From a virus (Duplodnaviria; Caudoviricetes), in the IMG/VR virus record IMGVR_UViG_2974506496_000001, positions 192,001 through 256,000 of that record: DNA of 64,000 nt. One strand, 5' to 3'. The translations under genes were made by a program, and so were the position numbers. Below are positions 17,528 through 26,779 of the stretch, piece by piece (within the stretch, counting starts at the first letter, position 1; the number at the start of each line of letters is the position of its first letter). The notes beneath the pieces were generated by a model that saw only the letters and a list, made by a program, of their open reading frames with translations, did not search any database and was not told the origin of the DNA.

Positions 17528-18385
17528 ATGACAGATCCCCACCCCATTCTCGCCGCAGCCATCGGAGAGCCCCAGGATGACGATTGCTGGGATTTTCCGG
17601 GCGAGACTGTTGTTGGTCACGGCGACTTGATGTACACCAACATCCATAAGCCTCAGGCATTATGGAACGGTGTTATCCGGTCACTGCGAAAACGTTTCCT
17701 TACTGAACCATCAATTAACCAAAAGGATACTTGTATGACCGAGCAATACAAGCCATCGCCTGACACCGGCTACCAAAACCTTTTCTGTGAGCCCGATGTT
17801 CTCAACACAAACGACCGAATTTATCCCCGCAAGAGTCTGGTAGCCTTACTGGAGAAATTCCCCTCCGATAATTTTCGTGGAACACCCGCAGTTCGCTATC
17901 CTTTTATGCGCCGTCTGGCGGTGTTGTTTAAGATAGCGTTCTTACAGACCAGCCTTGACCAGAAAGCTTTATCCTTGAATACACGCCAGACCGGTAAACC
18001 ACGGATCACGCAACATTCATTAACTAGTATCTGTAATTTAATGCACCAGCTGCATTATGAGCTCAGAGAGCTTCAGTATCAGAACCCCAATCCGATTGAC
18101 CTGACCCGTTATGCAAGGCTGTTGAAGTGGGAAGCTGTAAAGACGGAAAAACCAGAGTGGCTTACATCCCTGGATGCAATTGAGTCACGCACCAAGTATA
18201 GCCGTCCGTTTGATGAAGATGTGGCGCATATGTACCTGAACCCCATAATGCCGATTCATAGACAAATTCAGGCGATGGAGCTTTTACCGGATTTGTTTGT
18301 GCCAACCAATCCTAAGTTCGGTAAAGCACTCACAGAACAACTCAACCGTGAAGCGCTGATTGCGCCACGCAAGCGCAGAGGTTAA
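17528..18385 (+). CDS. Hypothetical protein
   Basis: 285 aa, TAAGGA RBS; an internal ATG at 17735 also has an AAGGA RBS. Confidence 0.6.
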   Translation: MTDPHPILAAAIGEPQDDDCWDFPGETVVGHGDLMYTNIHKPQALWNGVIRSLRKRFLTEPSINQKDTCMTEQYKPSPDTGYQNLFCEPDVLNTNDRIYPRKSLVALLEKFPSDNFRGTPAVRYPFMRRLAVLFKIAFLQTSLDQKALSLNTRQTGKPRITQHSLTSICNLMHQLHYELRELQYQNPNPIDLTRYARLLKWEAVKTEKPEWLTSLDAIESRTKYSRPFDEDVAHMYLNPIMPIHRQIQAMELLPDLFVPTNPKFGKALTEQLNREALIAPRKRRG

Positions 18386-18387
18386 TC

Positions 18388-19527
18388 ATGGCACTGGATC
18401 AAGAGTATTATGAAAAGGCATTGGGTGTCCTACTGACCAAAGGCTTCTCTAACCAAGAAGCTGACCAGATCGCCACCACGCTTTCGGTATATCTCCCGAT
18501 GCGTTTCATCAAAGCTGGTGTATGGGCACTCATGCCTTACGACCAGCATCCGGCTGATCCCCTGGCATTTAAACACATGCGGCTACTTGACCGTATCCCT
18601 GAGTTAAAGAAACCAGTGATCCTTCAAATGCCGACTGACTTTACTTACACCACGTATGGTCAGGAGTATTGCCCTGGTGCTGACTCGCCGGTATACACCA
18701 CAGGACCCGATGGCTATACACATCATCCGGTTGGTTGGGAAAGTGGCATTACTGGCATGCCAGGCGTAATGGGTCCGGCTGGGGATGACAATATTGAAGT
18801 CAGTGATCTGACCTGTGATCACCCCCAAAGCGATTTTAGACTATCGTTACCTGCCGAATCAATGGCTAGTCAGTTTACCGTTGTCATGCGGGTTGGTGGT
18901 AAGGCTATTAAAATGACGCTGGAAGAACTCATCCAGGAAATTGGAGGTTATGACAAACTTCCTGCTTCTGCACGTGCTGCGATTGATCGTGTCATGGAAG
19001 AGCATCGCAATGCCCCTGTAACTACTGTATCTGTGCGTACACCCTTACCAGGCGGAGTATCTCAGGATCAAGCTGACTATCTGAAACTGGGCGACCTCAG
19101 CGACATCGAAGGGATCAAACGGGCTTACCCGATCATCGACGAGAAAACAGCTGAACGGATGTCTAAGTTGCATTGTCAGCTTAATCAGCATATCGCGCGG
19201 GTTCATCGTGAGCCGAGAGACGTTGAGGTATTTGATCTGCTTGCGGGCGATCACTCTCAGCGGATATTCCAATCTCGTCATGCTAAACGTCAGTACCCAA
19301 ACAGTTTGTTTGAGAAGTTCCTGCCGGATCAAGCAGACATCGATGAACCCGAGGGCATGACTGTTAAAATCAAAACTCACAGCATACGTCACTTCGGTCA
19401 CGGTCTTGAAATTAGCACGCCGTTGTTTGGTCAATCCCACAAAAACCCTACGGGACCACAAACCATGCCGGGGCTTGAGAAAGGCCGTGATGGTAAACGT
19501 AAACGTAATAAGAAGGGCAGACGATGA
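18388..19527 (+). CDS. Hypothetical protein, basic C-terminus
   Basis: 379-aa ORF, GAGG RBS. Confidence 0.65.
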   Translation: MALDQEYYEKALGVLLTKGFSNQEADQIATTLSVYLPMRFIKAGVWALMPYDQHPADPLAFKHMRLLDRIPELKKPVILQMPTDFTYTTYGQEYCPGADSPVYTTGPDGYTHHPVGWESGITGMPGVMGPAGDDNIEVSDLTCDHPQSDFRLSLPAESMASQFTVVMRVGGKAIKMTLEELIQEIGGYDKLPASARAAIDRVMEEHRNAPVTTVSVRTPLPGGVSQDQADYLKLGDLSDIEGIKRAYPIIDEKTAERMSKLHCQLNQHIARVHREPRDVEVFDLLAGDHSQRIFQSRHAKRQYPNSLFEKFLPDQADIDEPEGMTVKIKTHSIRHFGHGLEISTPLFGQSHKNPTGPQTMPGLEKGRDGKRKRNKKGRR

Positions 19528-20297
19528 TCGATCGCAGTTTTGAAGGTGGCTGGGAGTCTATACTGCAATGGCATGGGTTTGCTGATCGTGCTAAACAGGG
19601 GCTGTCTGAGCACTTTGTTATCGTGGATTACGGAACCCTGGCAGAGGCCGCCGCTTTTGAGCAATTGACAGCGCTGGCGGAGAAAGTGAAGTATGTCTCA
19701 GTCGAGCGAGTTAAAGCCGTTGACTTTACCCCGACGCTTGTACGTACGCTACATGAACGTGAACATGGCTGGCATTACTGTCATGTCATGGGGCGATGTG
19801 GTTACGGCGGCCACGGGATAATGATCGGTGCTAATGGCGGCTGGACAGGCGCGCACGGCGGTGCAGGTGATGCAGGCCCGCCCTCAACACCTGATGATGG
19901 CTCGATACTATACCAGACAGATTACAGTAGTCTCGGTATCCAGGACCGAGGATTTACTACACTGCAAGACATGATGGAAAACGCCAGCCCTTACGATTAC
20001 CCTCGGGAGATTCGTATAGTAGGGGATCGGCATGACCCGGATGTCAAAGCGTTAACGCAGGCAGTGATAAAGCTTGTTGGGCGTCGAGCTATCAAAGTAG
20101 TTAACATACCGCATGCCGACATGATGTATAGACCCGGCCCGCACCGAACGTATAACCTCGCGCCGGAGAAATACCGGGAGCGATTTGACATTGCTTATAA
20201 ACAAGCATTAGAAAATCTCAACAAGGCGGCCATCCTGCCGTATGCCCGTGGACCATTGCAGTCTGTTCTGGCATCAAAGCGCAAGAAACACTTTTAA
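19524..20297 (+). CDS. Hypothetical protein with internal Gly-rich segment
   Basis: 257 aa, ATGA overlap. Confidence 0.65.
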   Translation: MIDRSFEGGWESILQWHGFADRAKQGLSEHFVIVDYGTLAEAAAFEQLTALAEKVKYVSVERVKAVDFTPTLVRTLHEREHGWHYCHVMGRCGYGGHGIMIGANGGWTGAHGGAGDAGPPSTPDDGSILYQTDYSSLGIQDRGFTTLQDMMENASPYDYPREIRIVGDRHDPDVKALTQAVIKLVGRRAIKVVNIPHADMMYRPGPHRTYNLAPEKYRERFDIAYKQALENLNKAAILPYARGPLQSVLASKRKKHF

Positions 20298-20324
20298 TCA
20301 GTTCCCCTCAACAGGAGAGTAACC

Positions 20325-20630
20325 ATGTGTAACATGCGATCGGATTGGTTTGTAGAAGACGAACCGTCCATGAAGGAAAGTGATCCGCATTTCGACAATA
20401 AAGCAATGGATGGCTTGATGGCAAAGATCCGTGACTTTGTTAAAGAGAGTGATGCGGCGACCTATGTCCCGCAAGCCCTGTTTGGCGAAGCCGGTAAAGT
20501 TAACCTGTCCAAAGTGGCAGCAGTAACCCGTCCGGTCGATCACCTCATTACCCTGAACCCAGTGGCCAATGACGGTGATGTGTATCTGGACTTCGCGCGA
20601 GGGAAGCGGCGTGGATACAAACCCCACTGA
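20325..20630 (+). CDS. Hypothetical protein
   Basis: AGGAG RBS, 101 aa. Confidence 0.6.
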   Translation: MCNMRSDWFVEDEPSMKESDPHFDNKAMDGLMAKIRDFVKESDAATYVPQALFGEAGKVNLSKVAAVTRPVDHLITLNPVANDGDVYLDFARGKRRGYKPH

Positions 20631-20841
20631 AGTTAACATCGAGCAGGCCAATCGTTATGAGGGGTCTACCGATGATTTGGTCCAGCAAGCTAATGATCGT
20701 GGTTTTCTCCAGGGGATTCGTATCACTTCTGGCGAGGACATCGATCCAAGCATTTGGACACCTGAGAAGATCGAAAAGTTGAAAGCTGCACTTCGACATA
20801 TTCGTGACTCAGAACAACGCATCAAAGGTAGCCAGGGGTAA
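20611..20841 (+). CDS. Hypothetical protein
   Basis: Likely GTG start at 20611 after GAGGG; ends at a hairpin. Confidence 0.45.
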   Translation: MDTNPTEVNIEQANRYEGSTDDLVQQANDRGFLQGIRITSGEDIDPSIWTPEKIEKLKAALRHIRDSEQRIKGSQG

Positions 20842-20859
20842 CACCCTGGCTTTATGCCG
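20830..20859 (+). terminator. Hairpin with TTTATGCCG tail
   Basis: AGCCAGGG-GTAACA-CCCTGGCT then TTATGCCG. Confidence 0.75.
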
Positions 20860-20879
20860 GTTTAACGAGGACGTGTAAC

Positions 20880-21335
20880 ATGGAATCGAGCGGTTTGATT
20901 ACGCTGGCAATGGTCTTTTTAACCTTCGTCATTGGGTTATGTTGTTGGCTGACGCGTTTCATACGCTATCACACCAACCGCTACACCGTTGACACCAAGA
21001 AGGCGTTAAAGCAATTTGCCTGTAAGCTTGAAAGAGTACTGGATGTCCCGCAGCCGTATTCGCTGGCACAAAGCGAAATGACAAGGCTGGATAATGAACT
21101 GAACGCTTCTCTCTTCCTCTTTGAAGAGATCACAGGGAAGATCCACGATGAAACCAGTCGACTGTACCTGGAGTCAAGTTTCATGGTGGTGCGCGGCACT
21201 CAACACGATACCCCGATTCGTATCTGTGTGGCGAACACAATCTTCAGCCTGTCAACGACTAACCACAATCACCACAGCGTCATGAAGGTCATCAACGACT
21301 TTAATAACCGCTTGGCTAAAATTGTAGAAAGTTAA
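20880..21335 (+). CDS. Membrane-anchored hypothetical protein
   Basis: N-terminal hydrophobic helix LITLAMVFLTFVIGLCCWL; GAGGA RBS. Confidence 0.65.
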   Translation: MESSGLITLAMVFLTFVIGLCCWLTRFIRYHTNRYTVDTKKALKQFACKLERVLDVPQPYSLAQSEMTRLDNELNASLFLFEEITGKIHDETSRLYLESSFMVVRGTQHDTPIRICVANTIFSLSTTNHNHHSVMKVINDFNNRLAKIVES

Positions 21336-21337
21336 GC

Positions 21338-21362
21338 ACAGAAAAACTCAGACCTATATCAC
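21338..21362 (+). promoter_or_regulatory. Candidate early promoter (CCTATATCAC)
   Basis: CACAGAAAAACTCAGACCTATATCAC; a similar CACAGAAAACTACTGGCCATACTAC is at 22620. Confidence 0.45.
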
Positions 21363-21410
21363 GCCCGTGATAGACCCCTCAACCCCCATTAATCTTAAGT
21401 GAGTTCAATC

Positions 21411-21851
21411 ATGAAATACGTTTACACTATTATCGCTGTTCTTGGTTTCTCTTTTGCGTCTGTTGCAGTTGCTGCAGATCAAACCAAAGTGGTGAAAGGT
21501 TGGTACGCCGAATACAACACGGCTTCGGTCCTGTATTCTGCTGGGCCAAAGAAAGGACAAGAATTGACCATGGAATGTGTATTAGGTGGTTGGACGTTTG
21601 CGTATGCAGACAAGATGGGCGAGGAAGTAAACTCGGTCGATGATGACATGACAATCCTGGTCGACGGTGCAGCGTTTGCTGTGCCGAAGACTCAGGGTCA
21701 GCGTGAGAAGTTATACGCCGCCATTCAGCACGCTAAGAGTGGTATTCAATACAAGACCCACGCCTATGGTGTGTCGGTAGTATTCCCAGTGGATGGCTTG
21801 GCCGAGATGTTTCGTGACCTGCCGTTTGAAGTCAGCCCGTGCATGAGCTAA
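21411..21851 (+). CDS. Putative secreted/periplasmic protein
   Basis: Sec-type signal peptide MKYVYTIIAVLGFSFASVAVAA. Confidence 0.65.
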   Translation: MKYVYTIIAVLGFSFASVAVAADQTKVVKGWYAEYNTASVLYSAGPKKGQELTMECVLGGWTFAYADKMGEEVNSVDDDMTILVDGAAFAVPKTQGQREKLYAAIQHAKSGIQYKTHAYGVSVVFPVDGLAEMFRDLPFEVSPCMS

Positions 21852-21864
21852 AAGGAAAACAATT

Positions 21865-22566
21865 GTGATGACCCCTACCAAACAAATTAAACGCAGCTAC
21901 CGTCTGATCAAAGTGACTGCCGATGTAACACGGGATAACTGGGTCGGGAAAGACATCGACTTCATTGTTCAGCCCAATAAAGACATGATCGACGACACCA
22001 CACGTGGTGGACCTAATCGCCTGCTCGCGACATACATCGTGCTGGGTAACCGTATTCCTGTAACCGTTAACAGCCATGCGGCCATTACCCGGGAAGAAGG
22101 CTTGCAGGATCTGCAGGTCAGTATTGTCGATGGTCAGTCAAAATACATTGACATCAGTAATGTGCGTTACGTCGTGTCGTGTGAGTTAGAAGAGCACTTC
22201 ACCTGCACCCCACCAAAAGAACCTTCGCTACTTGATCAGCTGGTTGGCGGACCAATGGGTGACCCAACCCATATGTTCATTATCGATGAAAACTATAACG
22301 TCTTTGTCGGCACAGCGAACGATTCACAGGAAGATTATACCTTGGCTGGTCGTCTGATCAGTAACCTCGGTTCTCATGATGCTGAAGCTAATGATTTGGA
22401 GATTATCGGCAGTTATCCTGATGACCAAGGTGACCACTACTACGTCTCCATTGACTGGAACAAGTCATTCATTTCCGGGATTTCCAACAACGAGAAATGC
22501 GAATGGTTTAACCAACTCGATGCACTGGTAGCAATGTTGCTGGAAAAGATTAAAGTTACAGTGTAA
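21865..22566 (+). CDS. Hypothetical protein
   Basis: 233 aa, AAGGA RBS. Confidence 0.65.
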   Translation: MMTPTKQIKRSYRLIKVTADVTRDNWVGKDIDFIVQPNKDMIDDTTRGGPNRLLATYIVLGNRIPVTVNSHAAITREEGLQDLQVSIVDGQSKYIDISNVRYVVSCELEEHFTCTPPKEPSLLDQLVGGPMGDPTHMFIIDENYNVFVGTANDSQEDYTLAGRLISNLGSHDAEANDLEIIGSYPDDQGDHYYVSIDWNKSFISGISNNEKCEWFNQLDALVAMLLEKIKVTV

Positions 22567-22574
22567 GTAATATC

Positions 22575-22607
22575 AGGCAGGGGGAATACTCTCTGCCTTT
22601 ATTTTTT
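22575..22607 (+). terminator. Intrinsic terminator
   Basis: AGGCAGGGGG-AATA-CTCTCTGCCT followed by TTATTTTTT. Confidence 0.75.
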
Positions 22608-22678
22608 GTGGTATTCTGCCACAGAAAACTACTGGCCATACTACCAGTGGTATTCACTCAATAGACTGCGAGGAATAA

Positions 22679-23239
22679 ATGATGTTTGATAAAATTGAAG
22701 GATTGGCTGATGTGATCGAGCTGAAGTACGGCTTGCTTGATATCACCTATCACCGCGGTAACGACAAAGACCTCTATGTCGATGTCTTTTATAAAGACAC
22801 ACGCTTGTCAAGCCGGCGTGACCTGACCGATGCCCTGGACTACGCTTATATCGGTGTGCGGTTGTGTAACCCTCAGTTCGGTGCCTGGTGTTATGGTGCT
22901 GAGCGTGAGTTGGTCATGTCGCATTTAATGGACGCATTGAGAATGGTGGGTAAGCCTGCACCCAGGGCGGTTGAAGACTCACGGTTAAAGACAGGGATTC
23001 ATCGTACCATTCAGCTGCTTACCGAGAACGGTAACCTGCATCCGAAAGAGGATGATATCCGCATCACGATCCATCGCGCGGCACGAGTGGACTACGGTTC
23101 AACAGATACCATCGAAACAACCATCAGCATGACCAACCACGATATTACTATTAGTAAGCGACGGATTGAGTGTGTCAGTGGTGAGATGCGGGATTTACAA
23201 GCATGGGCGCGTAAGTTATATGCGAGACACTTTGAATAA
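22679..23239 (+). CDS. Hypothetical protein
   Basis: 186 aa, GAGGA RBS. Confidence 0.65.
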   Translation: MMFDKIEGLADVIELKYGLLDITYHRGNDKDLYVDVFYKDTRLSSRRDLTDALDYAYIGVRLCNPQFGAWCYGAERELVMSHLMDALRMVGKPAPRAVEDSRLKTGIHRTIQLLTENGNLHPKEDDIRITIHRAARVDYGSTDTIETTISMTNHDITISKRRIECVSGEMRDLQAWARKLYARHFE

Positions 23240-23249
23240 CGAGGTAGCT

Positions 23250-23651
23250 ATGGGTAGTGCGTACTGTAAGGTTGTGGCAATCCACAGCATCTATGTACAC
23301 AGTGCAGCGATGGAAGCGGTATCCGCTAAATACAGGAGCTGTTTTCGTTTGGCGTATAACTTCGTGAATGCTACGCAGTTAGCCCAACAGCTACGGCTTG
23401 CCGTGAAGAACAGCGAAATCCTGATTGTCGATACCAGTGACTTTACTCGCCGGGCACTTAACAATCTTAATGAGCAGTTCTACTGCATCTATCCGGGTGA
23501 GGAACAACATTCCGATATGTCAGTCAAGCATCAGCGTAACTGTCGCATGACGCCTGACTGTATTCATATCGAAATTCAAAACCTCAGCGACTTTGAGCGC
23601 TTAAACTGGGAAGTTCGACCCGATGCAGGGTTAAGGATATCACGCCGTTAG
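23250..23651 (+). CDS. Hypothetical protein
   Basis: Start moved to ATG 23250 (GAGG RBS). Confidence 0.55.
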   Translation: MGSAYCKVVAIHSIYVHSAAMEAVSAKYRSCFRLAYNFVNATQLAQQLRLAVKNSEILIVDTSDFTRRALNNLNEQFYCIYPGEEQHSDMSVKHQRNCRMTPDCIHIEIQNLSDFERLNWEVRPDAGLRISRR

Positions 23652-23653
23652 AA

Positions 23654-23705
23654 CGGCATATAGGCCCTCCGTAATGGAGGGCCTTTTATGACATCTTTTT
23701 TTTTT
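23654..23705. terminator. Bidirectional hairpin at a convergent junction
   Basis: CGGCATAT-AGGCCCTCCG-TAA-TGGAGGGCCT-TTTATGAC then T10. Confidence 0.8.
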
Positions 23706-23716
23706 GGTTTACAGCG

Positions 23717-24163
23717 TTATACCAGGCGCTGAGTTAACTGCGAACTATATTGAATAGCGTGATAGGTCGCAGGTTTCTCAAGCTGCTCGGTGCAGCGGTA
23801 GACCGGGGTCTTCATAAAAGGGCAACCGGCATTCATTAATGCCTCACGGTTGCTGGGCGACTCATCCACGCGAATCACCACATCCGTGGACTGGAAGCCA
23901 AAGACTTCCCGCTTCGTTGCAGTATATTCTGCATCCAGCACCACGATCTTACGGTTGATCACCAGCTTCACGGCCACCGGGTATTTGATTACCAGGTCTG
24001 ACCCTAAGCCCGCCAAGACAAACTTAATGACAAACTTCTTAAGTCCATTTAGCAACTGACTCTCACTGGCCCAACTTTTAACAATCTGCAGCATGTGTGT
24101 ATTTCCACTCATATAAGGGGAAGTTAAGAAAAGCAACCTGAGGGCCCGTCCGTGATCCCTCAT
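23717..24163 (-). CDS. Hypothetical protein
   Basis: 148-aa ORF at the end of a minus-strand operon. Confidence 0.55.
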   Translation of the reverse strand: MRDHGRALRLLFLTSPYMSGNTHMLQIVKSWASESQLLNGLKKFVIKFVLAGLGSDLVIKYPVAVKLVINRKIVVLDAEYTATKREVFGFQSTDVVIRVDESPSNREALMNAGCPFMKTPVYRCTEQLEKPATYHAIQYSSQLTQRLV

Positions 24164-24169
24164 AATGTA

Positions 24170-24640
24170 TTACTTCATACCGTCCAACTGCTTTTGAAGT
24201 TCCTTTAACTGACGGCTTGCATCCGGCGTCTCGGCGTCATGATCTCTGATCGCTTCAATAAACGACTTCCGTTTGCAATAAGGATACTTCATCCATTTAT
24301 CAAATGACAAACCAAATTTGCCCAAGATATCCGCACGCAGATATTCGAGCTCATACTTTCGATACCCAACTAACGCCAGCGAGTCTTCCTGCTCGACCTG
24401 TAAGATTAACGAGAGCGGCGAGGTTTCCACGTTATGGTCAATAATCCCAAACGTGTCATCGTAAAGCTCTGTTAATCGAATTAGTGGATACTCCCAGTTC
24501 TCGGTAAGAAACGTGGGGTTTTCTAACGCGACATCCCAGGCATCGGACCGATCACTTTCGGACAGACCGAAATCCCAATGGATTAGATGTCGGCTTGATC
24601 GAACGTCTGATTCAGTGTATTCGTCATTAGGGTAAAAAAA
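24170..24640 (-). CDS. Predicted -1 frameshift extension of the upstream chaperone (gpT/gpE'-like)
   Basis: The -1 frame is open across T-TTT-TTT (24640-24634); no good independent start; FGLSFDKWMKYPYCKRKSFIEAI resembles chaperone-extension motifs. Confidence 0.6.
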   Translation of the reverse strand, partial: FFYPNDEYTESDVRSSRHLIHWDFGLSESDRSDAWDVALENPTFLTENWEYPLIRLTELYDDTFGIIDHNVETSPLSLILQVEQEDSLALVGYRKYELEYLRADILGKFGLSFDKWMKYPYCKRKSFIEAIRDHDAETPDASRQLKELQKQLDGMK

Positions 24641-26202
24641 ACCCGTGCTACGTTCAGCGGGGTGTATGCCGGGAAGGTGTTGCTCACCAGCGGTTGACGC
24701 GCCTGGCAGTTCGGGCATTTCCAACGCGGTACTGCGACCACACCGACCGTTACCCGGTTGATGAACTTGTTCAGCTCTTCAAAGAACGGTTTACGCATAT
24801 CCGGGGTTGCACTGAATTGCTTCAGCAGCAAGGCCACGTCATCGGCCGACTCAACATAGTTGCCATCGTTGAACTCGATCTTGGTCACCCAGTGGGCGTA
24901 ACCACGCATGGAGGACAGCGCTGCCTGTTTGTTGATGTGTTGCTCACGCTGCTCACGCGTCATGCTGTCGTTGAAGCTGTCGGTGATCGCTTGTTGAATG
25001 CCGTTGATCCAGGCATAACCCGCTGCATTCTTATCTTCGAGTGATGGCACCCGCAGATAGAACTTCACATCTTTCACAGTGATGACATTGTCTTTCATCA
25101 CTTCAAAGCCGGTCTGATAGGCAACGACCTGCTCGACGGTACGGCCGCTGAAGTGAGACATGTGCGCACGCTGGGTTGGTGACAGACGATTGTTGTCAAT
25201 GATCGACAGACGAGAGACGTTAACTTTCGCTGCTTCAACATGCACACACTTCTTCGGATCGGCGGCACAGGCAGTGACCATGTGGTAGCCAGACTTAAAG
25301 CGTGCGCCCAGGTAGGCGTTAGCGATCAGATCGAGATCCTGCTCTTTGATTAACGGCAGCAGGGTTTTCTTATCGGAGACGCCGATGCTGCTGTCAGTGA
25401 CCATACCCAGCAGGAAGTCAGTCATGTGCTTACGCACCACGACATCCAGGTTGTTAAACACCAGACCGTTGGTACGACGACCGAGGATCGCTTTCTCAGC
25501 CATGATGGCGGTTTGCATATCCACAAACTCATCATCACCGGCAATCAGCAACGTAACCCAGATACCAGAATGTGGCAGCGGCAGATGGACATAGTCACCC
25601 ATGTTCATCACGCCACGAGCACGCATCACTGCCTGTGGACCGGTCAGCAGTTTAGTGCCTTCGGTACTGCGCTTCACTGGCGGGCGAGAAACACCCTGCA
25701 CTTTGTTATTGTCGAGCAGAATACCCTGCAGCCACTGCGCACCATCTTGACGAATGGTCAGGTTCAGACCAGAACGGTACGACAGGTTGGTGATGGCGTT
25801 ACTGGCCAGGGATAGCCAGATCATCGCTTTATCAGCACCGTACAGACTGACGATCTCTTTTAAGATCTTCTTGTCTTCGGTGTTGGTGTCGATCTCGTTG
25901 ATCAGCGCCGTCGCTGCATCGTAATCCTGATGCATGATAGACAGCACACCTTCCGTGCCGACATCCTCCATGGAGTTCAGCTTTTCAATGATCGGGTTCT
26001 GATAGAGCGGATCGAACGCCTGCTCAACGGCTTCAACTTCAGGTGCTTCAGCTTCGCCCTGTTGGCTGGTTTCTGCTGGCTCGGGATCGGTGCCAATAGT
26101 ACCAGTAGTCGCCGGACGGCCTGGATCAACTTCAGGAATACCAGAGTGGTTTTCTTCAACAGGATCTTGCTGTGACAGAATGGATGGGTTATCACCGGAC
26201 AT
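24583..26202 (-). CDS. Putative tail/baseplate-hub assembly chaperone (T4 gp26/gp51-like, Zn-binding)
   Basis: 539 aa; CAADPKKC and WKCPNC Cys pairs; VFF near the C-terminus at a slippery site. Confidence 0.55.
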   Translation of the reverse strand: MSGDNPSILSQQDPVEENHSGIPEVDPGRPATTGTIGTDPEPAETSQQGEAEAPEVEAVEQAFDPLYQNPIIEKLNSMEDVGTEGVLSIMHQDYDAATALINEIDTNTEDKKILKEIVSLYGADKAMIWLSLASNAITNLSYRSGLNLTIRQDGAQWLQGILLDNNKVQGVSRPPVKRSTEGTKLLTGPQAVMRARGVMNMGDYVHLPLPHSGIWVTLLIAGDDEFVDMQTAIMAEKAILGRRTNGLVFNNLDVVVRKHMTDFLLGMVTDSSIGVSDKKTLLPLIKEQDLDLIANAYLGARFKSGYHMVTACAADPKKCVHVEAAKVNVSRLSIIDNNRLSPTQRAHMSHFSGRTVEQVVAYQTGFEVMKDNVITVKDVKFYLRVPSLEDKNAAGYAWINGIQQAITDSFNDSMTREQREQHINKQAALSSMRGYAHWVTKIEFNDGNYVESADDVALLLKQFSATPDMRKPFFEELNKFINRVTVGVVAVPRWKCPNCQARQPLVSNTFPAYTPLNVARVFFTLMTNTLNQTFDQADI

Positions 26203-26219
26203 TATGCTTATCCTTACCT

Positions 26220-26687
26220 TTACTTTTTAGTGGGGTCGACCTGAACCGGGTCATTGAGTTTGCTTGCTGCGCCAGCGGCAACCGCGTTAGCATGGGCACT
26301 GTCTGACATGGTCAGAATGGCAGCACCGTGACGCTGCATCGCATCCAGCAATTTACTCTGCAGGACGATGTATTGTTCGTGCACACTGAGGAAGTCAGCG
26401 ATGGTGCTGTCATGCAAGGCATAACCGGTTTTGCCTTGATGCTGCTGCTTGATCATCGGCAGTGTTTCATCGATCTCTTTGACTACAGCCAGCGCCGCTT
26501 CGATGTGCGAGCTTAACGCAGAGGGGTTTGGCTGAAAGCGAATGATGTTGGTGTTGACGGCCATGAGACAAGTATTGCTCAGCTCATTGCGCAAATTAAT
26601 CGTATAAGTTGCCGCAGAATCCAGGTACTCCCAGAACTGATCGGGCTGATGGACCTCTGGTGCGAGAGGCGGTTCATTGGTTGACAT
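26220..26687 (-). CDS. Hypothetical helical protein
   Basis: 155 aa, AAGGA RBS on the minus strand. Confidence 0.65.
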   Translation of the reverse strand: MSTNEPPLAPEVHQPDQFWEYLDSAATYTINLRNELSNTCLMAVNTNIIRFQPNPSALSSHIEAALAVVKEIDETLPMIKQQHQGKTGYALHDSTIADFLSVHEQYIVLQSKLLDAMQRHGAAILTMSDSAHANAVAAGAASKLNDPVQVDPTKK

Positions 26688-26779
26688 AACGGGTCCTTGA
26701 GGTGATTTATCTTGTGGCTTACATATATTGACACTACTAATGTCAACAATTACAACGTTTATACGGAAAAGGCACGGTC

